Shown here piece after piece: positions 38,822-48,715 of a stretch of 64,000 nt of DNA. Every line of letters starts with the position of its first letter. Position 1 is the stretch's first letter. The notes under the pieces were generated by a model. The model made no database searches, was not told the origin of the DNA, and saw nothing but the letters and a program-made list of their open reading frames with translations. The stretch lies in IMG/VR virus record IMGVR_UViG_3300028045_000001, positions 1-64,000 of that record; one strand, given 5' to 3'. The translations under genes were made by a program, and so were the position numbers.

Positions 38822-39868
38822 ATGAAACAATTATTTGATGGTATTGTAAAGGATACCTGCGATAACAAAAGTGAGACGCAATTAGTAGAAGAATTACTTG
38901 AAGCAACTCTGCACTTTAATACTTCTTTTTATGAAATCTGCACTGATCTCAGGGAAGCCACAGAGATGATGGAAGTATTAGGTGAACTGAGCTCGTTTCA
39001 AGAAACGATTGTTTCTTGTGGACTTGACAAGGGTCTTGCTTCCATGGCTAAAAAAAATAACTTCGATATGCTGTTTGAGAATTCTTCTGTCTCTCTACAA
39101 GGATTCATCGATGGGGTTTATGAAACGCAAGAAGTTACCGATGTGATGTTGAATGGCATAAAAGATACAGGTAAGAACGCCATCGAGAAAATAAAAAAGA
39201 TGTTTGCAGCGCTAAGCGCTAAGGTACGGAAATTAATAAGTTGGTTGACCGATACCTGGGCAACCCGTGCTAAAAAAGCCCTTGAAAAAATAAATGGCTA
39301 TAAGGAACTCACAAAAGAAGACTGGGACGTTCTTTACAGTAAAAACAAACGAACCAAGATTCACTGGGATGCTAAAGGACTGCTCGATATCATTGGGACG
39401 CTTTCTAAAGGGAAAGAGGCATTTGCTGAATTGGATCAGGATAAGATAGTTCCTTTTATGGAGAGTATAGGCTGGGCCCTTGATCCTGGAGTCTACTCTA
39501 TCCAGCGAGACAAAGATTACCAGAAGCGCTCAAAAGGCAAGTTGACTTTTAAGGAAGCAGGATTTAACGAACAAACAACCGCCTCTGTCTATGACGCAGC
39601 TATGGGCTTGATGACAATGGCTATCTCCATCGAACAACATTTTGAACGGCTGGAAGAAATTATAAAAGAGAAGATCGATGAGGCTAGTTATAGTAGCGAG
39701 GAGGAAGAGACACTGGACGTTAAAAAATTTGTACTTAGTTTCACAACGATCGGATATAAATACAACTGCTACATGAAGTATGTCCGGGACCTGAGTGAAG
39801 TTGGAAACTCGGCTATCTCAGTCCTCAGAGTGGTAAACTCATTCAAGGGAAAAGGCACTAAAAAATAA
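38822..39868 (+). CDS. internal head protein paralog
   Basis: GLDKGLASMA...LFENSSVSLQGFIDG nearly colinear with 35714. Confidence 0.65.
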   Translation: MKQLFDGIVKDTCDNKSETQLVEELLEATLHFNTSFYEICTDLREATEMMEVLGELSSFQETIVSCGLDKGLASMAKKNNFDMLFENSSVSLQGFIDGVYETQEVTDVMLNGIKDTGKNAIEKIKKMFAALSAKVRKLISWLTDTWATRAKKALEKINGYKELTKEDWDVLYSKNKRTKIHWDAKGLLDIIGTLSKGKEAFAELDQDKIVPFMESIGWALDPGVYSIQRDKDYQKRSKGKLTFKEAGFNEQTTASVYDAAMGLMTMAISIEQHFERLEEIIKEKIDEASYSSEEEETLDVKKFVLSFTTIGYKYNCYMKYVRDLSEVGNSAISVLRVVNSFKGKGTKK

Positions 39869-39892
39869 TGTGACCTTTGAAATAGTAAATTT

Positions 39893-39925
39893 TAAATAGT
39901 CGGTACTTAGAGTACCGACTATTTA
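39893..39925 (+). terminator. intergenic hairpin
   Basis: 15-bp stem taaatagtcggtact/agtaccgactattta. Confidence 0.7.
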
Positions 39926-39985
39926 TATAATAAAAAACATTTGATCATTATATAAATTTACTAAAGTAATATAGGAGATGTATAA

Positions 39986-41023
39986 ATGGACGAAACTATG
40001 GATATGCAAATTAACAATCTGACTAAGCTATATACGGACCTCGATGATCTGGAAACTGCTCTATGTCTTGTTATTGATTTTAACGACACCATAAATGAAG
40101 TACAGGTTGACGCATCACTACTCTCATTCGTATCTAAGATAGGATTCAATGAGATACTCAAAGAAGAGATGGCTGATTGTCATCGTGAGAATTTCAGTGA
40201 CGCATCTGTTGCGAACTTAAAACTTGGCAGCGTAGGCAAGATCGGCGAGATAATCGATCGCGTTTGGAAATTCATAGAGAACTTAATTGAACGCATCAAA
40301 GAGCTTTGGGGCAAACTCACCGATCGTAATGGGACGGTCTTAAAAGAGGTTCGCGACATCAACGATCGGATAACGCTAATCTATAAAAAAATACAAGATA
40401 TGGATAAAAAGCTTCCAAGTTCTGATGAAGTGAACAATGAGCTCTCTTTTGTTAAAAAGGGAGTCTATGACCAATTGACCCTGCGTGCGAATATTAATTA
40501 TTTAATGGAGGGGTTAACTACGGCTAACTATCTAAATGCCCTGGATGTTAAAGATGCCCCGAACGAAGTGGTCGAACCATTTAAAACCATGAGGGGAGTT
40601 TTGGATCATCTCGGTATGAATATTGGAAAGGACCTCATTGTAAAAATACTAACTACTAACTCCAAAAGTAAAGGGGATTTAAAAACAAAGGGCTTTACTA
40701 TTGAAAAAGTCCTCAGAATATTGGAGGAGGGTCCTAAATTAAATACTGTCTGCAACAACGGCAAAGATGCTATAAAAGAAATAAAAGGGATCTTAAAGAA
40801 AGAAGAGCAGACAGCTAAGAAAAATCCAGCACTCTCTAAAAATAGAACTGAGAATGCAAAACAATGGGTTAGTGCGTATGTCAAATACTTTTCTCTGTTA
40901 GGAAAAGAGTGTTCCATCTGCGTTGATATGATGCTCGATATTGCGAAGGGAGCGGAGACTGCTTTGAAGCAAGCCACCGCTAAAAAAGAAAAAGAAAGGG
41001 CACACGAAAAGGGCCGTAAATAA
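39986..41023 (+). CDS. internal head protein paralog
   Basis: IIDRVWKFIENLIERIKELW helix; N-terminus resembles 36852. Confidence 0.6.
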   Translation: MDETMDMQINNLTKLYTDLDDLETALCLVIDFNDTINEVQVDASLLSFVSKIGFNEILKEEMADCHRENFSDASVANLKLGSVGKIGEIIDRVWKFIENLIERIKELWGKLTDRNGTVLKEVRDINDRITLIYKKIQDMDKKLPSSDEVNNELSFVKKGVYDQLTLRANINYLMEGLTTANYLNALDVKDAPNEVVEPFKTMRGVLDHLGMNIGKDLIVKILTTNSKSKGDLKTKGFTIEKVLRILEEGPKLNTVCNNGKDAIKEIKGILKKEEQTAKKNPALSKNRTENAKQWVSAYVKYFSLLGKECSICVDMMLDIAKGAETALKQATAKKEKERAHEKGRK

Positions 41024-41040
41024 CAACATGCGCAACTATG

Positions 41041-41078
41041 ACATGACCGGATGGTGAGTACTCACCATCCGGTCATGT
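41041..41078 (+). terminator. 38-bp perfect palindrome
   Basis: acatgaccggatggtgagt|actcaccatccggtcatgt. Confidence 0.7.
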
Positions 41079-41092
41079 ATAAGGAGTTAGAT

Positions 41093-42577
41093 ATGAAAGT
41101 TGATTTACATGGATTGGGGTATTATCCACTATCCCCTGGATCACAGGCATTGACCGATATATTCCAAGAGGGTATCGAATACGTTAAAAAATATCGGGGC
41201 ATGTCACCTGTGAAGAAAAAGGTGGCTGTCGCCAGGTATATAAGAAGGGGATTATTTCCTAAATTTAAAGCTGCTGTCTTAAAGTACTATGGGCTAAAAG
41301 TTAGACGCGTATATGTCCAAACCGACCCTGGCTTTGATGACCCAGTATACTTTGCAATGACGCCAACAGTCAAAACTACGAATACGGCCTGGGACATAAC
41401 CTCCGTGATCACTGGTTGGGGGTACGATGTCGATCCAGAAACTGCAGAAGAGTTCATACGATTAGCAGAAAGCATCAATCAGGATTCCCATAAGGTGAAC
41501 TATGAGCTAAAGGACGACAGCGTGCCATTGTATCTTGACATATGCATACCCAATGGGGCGTTCCTACTTCAAGAGCTCACTGCCAATAGTGTGGCCAATT
41601 TTACTGCTAAAGAGCTGACTGCAATCTACCTGCACGAAATAGCACATCAATTGATTTTAATTGAGCGATGCACCCATACAATTGCGCAATCTATGCTATT
41701 AGAAGAAAAAATGAATCACTTCAATCGCAATGCTGATTTGAAGGAGCGCATAAAATTAGCAAAGTACTTCTTAGCCAATGAGGACACCGCGACAATAGAT
41801 GATGTTGAGGCACTCCACGAAAGCACCATGTCACTGGTAGGCCTCGCTAAGGAAGTAAGCAATGTTGTGGATACATTTGTAGAGGTAGTTATCGTGTTAA
41901 TACTCAGATACTTTCCGATTATACTCGCGTTCAAGACATTAATGCGTTTTCTGATGGCTGTCTCTACGGTACAAATAAAAACCGAAGGTGGGAAACTAAG
42001 TGATAAGGCTCCGACCTACTTTGAAAATATGTCTGAGGAAATCAATGCCGATGAGTTTATATCTAAGAATGGAATGGGGTCCCATCAAATAAGTGCATTA
42101 TCCAAGTTGGAAGTAGCCTTCAAACTTGGGCTTGGCAGTCAGAGTGCTACAAACCCAGTGTCAAAATTACTTATGAGTATACCATACTATCTGTTGGCGG
42201 TAAGCGGGAGATTATCGGCTACTGGTTGGTTGGCTTCTCACGAGGAAGACTTTAATAGAATTATTCGACTAACCAGAAATTCATTTGCTGCGCTTAAGGA
42301 TGAGGGATTGCCTCATGGGTTAGTGAAGTATTCAATGGAAGAATGCGAACGAGCCATCCAAGAACAATATAAGTACGTAAAGAAACATTCGATTGCATAT
42401 AAGCTTAAGCTCATACATAACTTCATTAGGAAATATATGAGCCCCTTCAATCTTGTGACTATGATCGCCAACGGAAACTATATAAAGCAGTATAGTGAGT
42501 TGGAATCAAAGATAGAGGATTTGAACACCTCTAAGTTGTGGTACCAATCCACTAAGATCAAATCTTTTATAAAGTGA
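41093..42577 (+). CDS. virion-cluster protein with zincin (HExxH) metallopeptidase motif
   Basis: AIYLHEIAH and downstream EINADEF; start moved to the ATG after RBS aaggag. Confidence 0.6.
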   Translation: MKVDLHGLGYYPLSPGSQALTDIFQEGIEYVKKYRGMSPVKKKVAVARYIRRGLFPKFKAAVLKYYGLKVRRVYVQTDPGFDDPVYFAMTPTVKTTNTAWDITSVITGWGYDVDPETAEEFIRLAESINQDSHKVNYELKDDSVPLYLDICIPNGAFLLQELTANSVANFTAKELTAIYLHEIAHQLILIERCTHTIAQSMLLEEKMNHFNRNADLKERIKLAKYFLANEDTATIDDVEALHESTMSLVGLAKEVSNVVDTFVEVVIVLILRYFPIILAFKTLMRFLMAVSTVQIKTEGGKLSDKAPTYFENMSEEINADEFISKNGMGSHQISALSKLEVAFKLGLGSQSATNPVSKLLMSIPYYLLAVSGRLSATGWLASHEEDFNRIIRLTRNSFAALKDEGLPHGLVKYSMEECERAIQEQYKYVKKHSIAYKLKLIHNFIRKYMSPFNLVTMIANGNYIKQYSELESKIEDLNTSKLWYQSTKIKSFIK

Positions 42578-42722
42578 TGGAGAGTGGTAGTTTGGAATAT
42601 AGAGAGCGGTGGGGTATAAATCAGAATGTCGATTTAATGCGTAGTTGTTCTAACTATTACACTACCCTTAGCTTGTTATTTGGTATAATCTTGGATCAGG
42701 TGCGTCATCAATCAACCCCGGC

Positions 42723-42753
42723 CTATAACGCTTCCATTTAGGAAGCGTTATAG
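42723..42753. terminator. hairpin between convergent genes
   Basis: 13-bp stem ctataacgcttcc/ggaagcgttatag. Confidence 0.7.
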
Positions 42754-42783
42754 ACTTTGATCGTTATGAGCAAACAGTTATAA

Positions 42784-43185
42784 TCACGGAGTATACTCGG
42801 AGGCCTGATATCCGGCAGCATCCAATATATTTAATATCTCTGCCTTAACCGATGGAGAGCTGACTGACCTAACGACTATGTGAAAATCCACCGACTCGTC
42901 TAAGACTGCGAATGTAGCCGCAGATACCCAATCCTTTGCAACTGCCATGAGTGTATTGTCCGGGAATCGGAGTATGAAATACTCATGATTTTTTGGATCC
43001 GGATTGATTGAGTTACCTTTCAATATCTGCAAATGATAATTGTCCACATCGTTATGGCACACGGAAGTGATGTCGTAATCTCCAAGTGCCACTATGGTCC
43101 CGACGTATGACTGCGTGTCAAATTGATTTGTCGTTGTAAAAGTGACTCTGCTTTTAATTGTGAGTTCGATACCATTTATAATCAT
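42784..43185 (-). CDS. conserved jumbo-phage small beta-rich (SH3-like) protein
   Basis: VTF.T......YVG...A...Y...H......DP...EYF.L.........VA.DW pattern. Confidence 0.45.
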   Translation of the reverse strand: MIINGIELTIKSRVTFTTTNQFDTQSYVGTIVALGDYDITSVCHNDVDNYHLQILKGNSINPDPKNHEYFILRFPDNTLMAVAKDWVSAATFAVLDESVDFHIVVRSVSSPSVKAEILNILDAAGYQASEYTP

Positions 43186-43195
43186 GTGGTCTCCT

Positions 43196-45010
43196 TTAAG
43201 AGTCTAACGGTTCCTTTACCTTTAATCCACCAGTGACCACAATAGAACTTGTCTTAGCTAACTTCAAGCATATCTCCCTAAACCGTCTAAGGAGAGTTGT
43301 ATGAACTGCGGCGGGTTGGATGATCCAAGGTAACACATCGCCATCCTCTCCATACATGGGACTGTCGCCGATAATAGAAGTTATCCCAGTAAGGATATCT
43401 GTGGACATCTTTGGATAAAACGAACTCCCCACGCTATCTATATTGAGGTTGTCTTCGATGATGCGTATCCCTGCACGATATGCCGTACAAAAAGCATTGG
43501 ATACCTCCAGGTCTTCTGTCGGAGTGCCAGCCATCATATCGCCTTGTGGCGCAAGTGCCCGATGCAGTGAACTATATGCGCCTACCGTAAATCCATCTAC
43601 CAATGTTTTACGAGTGGCTCCGATAACATCTATCAATGTGTCAAGCATAGATATATTTTCAAAGCTTGTGCCACCCACCATGATAGATACATTCCGTGGG
43701 TAAACTAATCGATTGTACACTTTTAACACATCGTTTAGCTTTGTAATCTTATCCGGAGTTGTATCATCCTGTAGTCGCTCGATGACTCGTTCCAATTGAA
43801 CGATAGTGGCCATAAATTCTATTTTTGTTTCATCGCCATAATTTGGATGTGCCCCGCTCTCGGTTCTTGTGAAGATATTGTCAATTGAGACCTTGCCATC
43901 GTAGTACTTATAATGAACGCCCGGCATAGTTTCAATTTCTGACATTGGGGCCGTTGGAGTTTCGACGAGATTTCTAAGTACTAAGAGTTCATTAACCTCT
44001 TCTGGATGATGCGGTGGTGACTTGATGCACACTGCAATCCTGTCAAATAAATCCAATTGTGATACAGTCTCTACAACAGAGGCTCGAAACCCGCCACTCA
44101 TGCCTCCTACAATCACAACTAACTTTTCCTCGGGAGTTTCATTTACTCTTTTTACAGCTTCGAATATCTTTGCGGCACTTGTATCATTATCTGATATTTC
44201 TGTGTGATGGACCATGAGGGTACATACCTCATGTTCGAGTGCGGTCTGTAGTTCTCTATTATGCATGCGAGCGTCTATAACAACTGCATCCATAGTTTCA
44301 AACTGAGATTCTGATTGTACAACGTACCATGGTTCTGGCTTCTCTATGCGATGGCGATCGATGATTATTGTTTTAAAATTATTCTGTTGATTATTGACAA
44401 ATACCTCAGCAACGGCTTCTGAAAGGTCTCTGTCACCATGAGAACTTGTATACGCCTGGGAATAAGCTATGTGCCGTATAGCGTCGTCCCTATCGCATCC
44501 ATATTCCTCCACAATATCATCGATGGTCCATGTCTCATTTAGCTCTATATGGTCCTCAACAAGCTCAACGAATTTATTGTATCTTTGAACCAGTACCGAG
44601 TAGGGTGTATTTTGGATCGTATCCGATTCCATCATAACGACGATCGCTTTCAATGCTATTATCATTGATGATGTTGTACCATCGTAGGATAAGCGATCTA
44701 TTTTTTTACCTATGTGTGCTATGAGTTTTCGTACTGCTTCAGATACTGGGTTTATGTAATTTATAGAGCGAACAATATTTATTCCGTCGCACGTAAACAC
44801 CGAATCAGATGTCCGATCAGATGGGTTCAGTAAAAGCCCATATGCTGCCTGTGGGCCACTGTGCAATAACAGTTCTTTTATGATATCTTCAAATATTGGA
44901 ATAACTGTTTTCGCATAATCGTCCTTTCGTATTACGTTGTTTTCCAACTCCCTTGCATTTAGTATGGTCCTAGCCCCTGGGCGATGTGATCCATCTGCGT
45001 TACTGCTCAT
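43196..45010 (-). CDS. groEL: divergent GroEL-like chaperonin
   Basis: FTCDGINIVRSI (cf. ITKDGVTVAKEI), SYDGTTSS (cf. GDGTTT), SIMVGG...IDVIGATR..LVDG (cf. EDALHATRAAVEEG), IIQPA..H..LL. Confidence 0.75.
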   Translation of the reverse strand: MSSNADGSHRPGARTILNARELENNVIRKDDYAKTVIPIFEDIIKELLLHSGPQAAYGLLLNPSDRTSDSVFTCDGINIVRSINYINPVSEAVRKLIAHIGKKIDRLSYDGTTSSMIIALKAIVVMMESDTIQNTPYSVLVQRYNKFVELVEDHIELNETWTIDDIVEEYGCDRDDAIRHIAYSQAYTSSHGDRDLSEAVAEVFVNNQQNNFKTIIIDRHRIEKPEPWYVVQSESQFETMDAVVIDARMHNRELQTALEHEVCTLMVHHTEISDNDTSAAKIFEAVKRVNETPEEKLVVIVGGMSGGFRASVVETVSQLDLFDRIAVCIKSPPHHPEEVNELLVLRNLVETPTAPMSEIETMPGVHYKYYDGKVSIDNIFTRTESGAHPNYGDETKIEFMATIVQLERVIERLQDDTTPDKITKLNDVLKVYNRLVYPRNVSIMVGGTSFENISMLDTLIDVIGATRKTLVDGFTVGAYSSLHRALAPQGDMMAGTPTEDLEVSNAFCTAYRAGIRIIEDNLNIDSVGSSFYPKMSTDILTGITSIIGDSPMYGEDGDVLPWIIQPAAVHTTLLRRFREICLKLAKTSSIVVTGGLKVKEPLDS

Positions 45011-45348
45011 TATGTTTCCCCTTTCCTTTCTTTTTTAAGGGCATCGATCTGGCTCTGCCTATCCCTTATTCTAAATTTAATCGTACGATATGTGTCGAGA
45101 TCGAGCCCCATCAGCTCCTTATATCCCATACCAAATTGCTCTATTGCCATACCGTTGCTTAATAAAAAATCCAGGACATCATCCTGGATAGATTTACTTA
45201 TTCCAAATAAAGTGTTCACTTGTTTTTTAGGCGTGTGCATTGCAGAATTGAATCTCGTTATATCTGGAGTAGGCTCAATAGCCGCATCGCTCATGACACG
45301 TACAGTATAGTATTTTTCAATGGATGATAAATTCTGCATTCTGTCCAC
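45010..45348 (-). CDS. small protein, possibly baseplate-hub assembly (T4 gp51-like)
   Basis: I.EQFGMGYKELM.LD pattern; adjacent to the gp26-like gene. Confidence 0.35.
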   Translation of the reverse strand: MDRMQNLSSIEKYYTVRVMSDAAIEPTPDITRFNSAMHTPKKQVNTLFGISKSIQDDVLDFLLSNGMAIEQFGMGYKELMGLDLDTYRTIKFRIRDRQSQIDALKKERKGET

Positions 45349-45377
45349 CAGAACATTGTATTTTTCAATGTATCCAT

Positions 45378-46925
45378 TTACAATGTCTGCAACTGCATTA
45401 AGATTAAGATCTGGCGGACACCTATAAAAAAAAGTGTTTGTACGTCTCCTATTTGAAGATAGCTTTTATCCATGCTAAATTCTTTACAGATTGGGCATGG
45501 CTTAGGTCGATGCCCTATAAATGTAACTCGTCCAGTAGCGCTGTACTCAACTAATTTATCGTACATGTTCTGCGATTCTACTAACGTTACTCCAAGGGTA
45601 TCTCCAATGGCCTCATAGTCTTCTATTGTATTTACAACTGCCCCATCCTCATCGACGGTCCTTACATTTTTTATCCAAGGTCGGACCATCTTCGAGGTGT
45701 TGACTCTAACGAGTTCCTCTACCTTATATCGTGTGTTCGACTTTAATTTAGATACAATGTGCTTGACTATCTCTAATCCATAAACTATTCTATCGCTCAT
45801 TGTTGGTGGGGAAAAGGTCACTTGTAGACCTTCTTGTAGATCATACACTTTTTCTTTAAATATACGATCACGATATACTTTCAATTGCTCGGGTGTTCTT
45901 TCGGCCGACATGATATCTACTACATCGGATGCGTCTAACAAGTCGAGATTATCCAACCTCAACTTTGATATATCTAATAGAAATTTTTCTTCATGGGTAC
46001 AGTTTGAACCAACGCAGAGTTGTGTTATGTTAACTCCCTTTGGAAACATTAACGATACCGCTCCCCATAACAACGTGTCATAATCGCAATTGTGGATGTT
46101 AGATAAAAATGTATTGTAGTTCTCGTAACCAACTAAATTGCTATCGGCTATGGAGTTGTGCAATGCCTTCATTATAACACTCTCTACAACAACGCTGCCC
46201 ATTAAGAGAGAGTGTGCAGAATACATACGACCATATTCTTTCAGTTCCTCGTCTATGGCGGTGTAGGCATTGTGTAGATCTTCAAGGACCAGTGGCTTCT
46301 GCTGAACATAAAACCCACTGTTCAGTAGCATATTTTTTTTTACACCAGTAGTCTTACTAAGTATTGCTAACTTTGCCGCGTCGCCTTTCAGTGTGCCCGA
46401 ACCAGTTTTAAACTCGGTATGACTAGTTGCTACAAGTGGACCTTCTGTTGTTTGCTTGTAATTGTCGTTGGAGGCAAGTGCCTTTTGAAACATTAAGTTA
46501 TATAGCTCAGATCGCTGTGTCTGAGTATGTTGATAGTTCAAAAACTTATGAAGATAGCTGTCGGGGTCCTGTGTGAGTTCAGCCACTTCTTCGTCAGTGT
46601 ACTTCTCATACCGCTTATCTACACTGCGTCTTACAGAATTAAGATCCCCAACGAGTAAAGTCATTGTATCAGATAGATCGGATGCAGTTTTCTGCATCCC
46701 TTTAACTATTGATGAGAATGCATCAAAATCGTTTTTTAGTGTTCCATCACCTTTATCATTAGTGGCTGGCTGGTCCACAGGACCGGCTGTTCCCTGTACT
46801 ATTTCCGGAGCCTCATCCTTTGCAATCTCTTCAGACTCGCCCTCTTGTTCGATGGATCCCATCGACTCCAACACTTTGTCCAAGCTATTAGAGAACCCTT
46901 GTTTTACATTGTTGTCATCTTCCAT
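45378..46925 (-). CDS. conserved phiKZ-group protein, possibly baseplate-hub assembly (T4 gp26-like)
   Basis: DYDTLLWG...FP.G.....C....C......LDI.KL and C-terminal CPIC. Confidence 0.4.
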   Translation of the reverse strand: MEDDNNVKQGFSNSLDKVLESMGSIEQEGESEEIAKDEAPEIVQGTAGPVDQPATNDKGDGTLKNDFDAFSSIVKGMQKTASDLSDTMTLLVGDLNSVRRSVDKRYEKYTDEEVAELTQDPDSYLHKFLNYQHTQTQRSELYNLMFQKALASNDNYKQTTEGPLVATSHTEFKTGSGTLKGDAAKLAILSKTTGVKKNMLLNSGFYVQQKPLVLEDLHNAYTAIDEELKEYGRMYSAHSLLMGSVVVESVIMKALHNSIADSNLVGYENYNTFLSNIHNCDYDTLLWGAVSLMFPKGVNITQLCVGSNCTHEEKFLLDISKLRLDNLDLLDASDVVDIMSAERTPEQLKVYRDRIFKEKVYDLQEGLQVTFSPPTMSDRIVYGLEIVKHIVSKLKSNTRYKVEELVRVNTSKMVRPWIKNVRTVDEDGAVVNTIEDYEAIGDTLGVTLVESQNMYDKLVEYSATGRVTFIGHRPKPCPICKEFSMDKSYLQIGDVQTLFFIGVRQILILMQLQTL

Positions 46926-46937
46926 ATCATCCTCTTT

Positions 46938-47747
46938 TTATTTAAATGGGAACCATCTCCTGTGATGCAGTGACACCACATTGAATTTATCAGTTAGTAC
47001 CTTCATACGTAATTGTATAGTCTTATTCGCTACTATTAACTCTGCTATTATCTGAGGTTCATCTTTAAACTTTTGTTTTTTAAGGTACTCCGTCACCGAT
47101 ATAGTAGTCTCGCCATCCCACAATGGAATCTTGATAGAGATAGATGTTTCTTTGTCTAAGGTTTCTATTTCCCCGTCTTTAAAATGGAGAAAAGAGGTCT
47201 CGCTTTTTTTAAATGCAGCACTATCTATTTTTTTTGCTACAATATGTCGACCATCCTGTGCTTCGATCTGATTATCAATTGAAAATTGAATGTGCTCACT
47301 TATAGCTCTCCCAATCTCTATGTCTCTTATTACAACATCTTTGGGATGTTCTTTAGGTGTGAGCACTTTAAATCCCTGCTTTGTATTAACAGTTCTAACA
47401 TCCTTAATGTAAAAAAGGTTGTTCTCAATCGATATCTTTATGTCTCTTATATCGGCATACTTATTAATGACTGTAGCTAACCGTTTAGACATAAGACATA
47501 TGTTATTTTTTTCGAAGGCTGGGAATACACTATAAAGGGCATTCATAAATTCAGGATCTTTGAACGACACCTTATGAATCGGGCGATGTTTTATAGTAGT
47601 ATCGTAGTGGATGATATCATTTTCTTCCATTGTTGTGTAGTAACATATTCCGTTCACTATATAAATATATTCATTTTGGCGTCTACATAATGAAAGGTAT
47701 TCTTTTATAATCTTTTTTTCATTAACTGTATCTTGTTTCTTTGCCAT
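46938..47747 (-). CDS. hypothetical protein
   Basis: 269-aa ORF with RBS, in the minus-strand operon. Confidence 0.6.
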   Translation of the reverse strand: MAKKQDTVNEKKIIKEYLSLCRRQNEYIYIVNGICYYTTMEENDIIHYDTTIKHRPIHKVSFKDPEFMNALYSVFPAFEKNNICLMSKRLATVINKYADIRDIKISIENNLFYIKDVRTVNTKQGFKVLTPKEHPKDVVIRDIEIGRAISEHIQFSIDNQIEAQDGRHIVAKKIDSAAFKKSETSFLHFKDGEIETLDKETSISIKIPLWDGETTISVTEYLKKQKFKDEPQIIAELIVANKTIQLRMKVLTDKFNVVSLHHRRWFPFK

Positions 47748-47765
47748 GTCCCATACCCCTTAAGT

Positions 47766-48119
47766 TTAATAAAGAAAGTTTTTCATTGGGGGGTCTGACT
47801 CATTATCCATTGCAAACCCGTTCGCATCTGCCATGAGCCGTGACATTGCGGTATTGGCAGGTGATGTTGGATTGAGTAGATCTGAGCCAGCTACTGATTG
47901 CTTTTGTGGGACGACGTGCTCCAATAGTTTCGTCATGCTTGCATGTGCTGCGCTCGCACGGCTGATCATTTTTTTTAAACCCGCAGTACTCTCCCTTTGT
48001 ATCTTCTTTGCATTCGCACGCTTGCGTTGCTCTGACTTCTTGGCTCGTTTTACTTTCTTTTTTTTTCTTCGATCTCTATTATTAGTACCCATATTTACCC
48101 CCACAATTGTCACGCTCAT
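47766..48119 (-). CDS. hypothetical basic protein
   Basis: Lys/Arg-rich N-terminus; in the operon. Confidence 0.5.
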   Translation of the reverse strand: MSVTIVGVNMGTNNRDRRKKKKVKRAKKSEQRKRANAKKIQRESTAGLKKMISRASAAHASMTKLLEHVVPQKQSVAGSDLLNPTSPANTAMSRLMADANGFAMDNESDPPMKNFLY

Positions 48120-48679
48120 TTAATGTTAATAAATTTGTCCTTTTCTGATATAGCGTATTCGACCATATTTCCAATAACTGTACGAAGCTGCTCTTCCTTA
48201 TCCTTTAGTGCAACTTGGGCGGCATGCACTTCCGAGAACGCTGTCGTAACATCGTCCTCGTCGCTCAGTTTAGTGAATAGCGAAGGCTCGTCGATAATCA
48301 AGTCAAGTACAGTGTTAACGCGCTTACTAATAAGGTTCGGGGCACTTGCGAGCTTGGCAATGTATGGATCAACTAATTTCTCTGCGCCGGCTACACATTT
48401 ACCAATAACGCTTGCATTTTTAGTGATGTCGAAAATTTGTTTTTTAATGGCTACTGCATCGGTGCCACCCTTCTTTAGGTTGAGGGCACGCTCCTTCAAT
48501 AGAGCTACATCACACATTGCCCCGAGTACATCCTTTGTTCGCTCTTCCAATGAAGCGAACTCTTCCTTTCCTATAGCAACGTTATTGGATAGCATCTTCT
48601 TAATGTCCATCTTTGGTATTCTCCTAATATAGTAGTGAATAATAAAATATAGCACCGTCAAATTATATGATGACAACAA
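48116..48679 (-). CDS. hypothetical coiled-coil protein
   Basis: Probable true start at internal MDIKK after RBS aggag. Confidence 0.55.
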   Translation of the reverse strand: MLSSYNLTVLYFIIHYYIRRIPKMDIKKMLSNNVAIGKEEFASLEERTKDVLGAMCDVALLKERALNLKKGGTDAVAIKKQIFDITKNASVIGKCVAGAEKLVDPYIAKLASAPNLISKRVNTVLDLIIDEPSLFTKLSDEDDVTTAFSEVHAAQVALKDKEEQLRTVIGNMVEYAISEKDKFINIK

Positions 48680-48715
48680 ACATATAAAATATATAAGGTA
48701 CTGGGGGTATATAAA

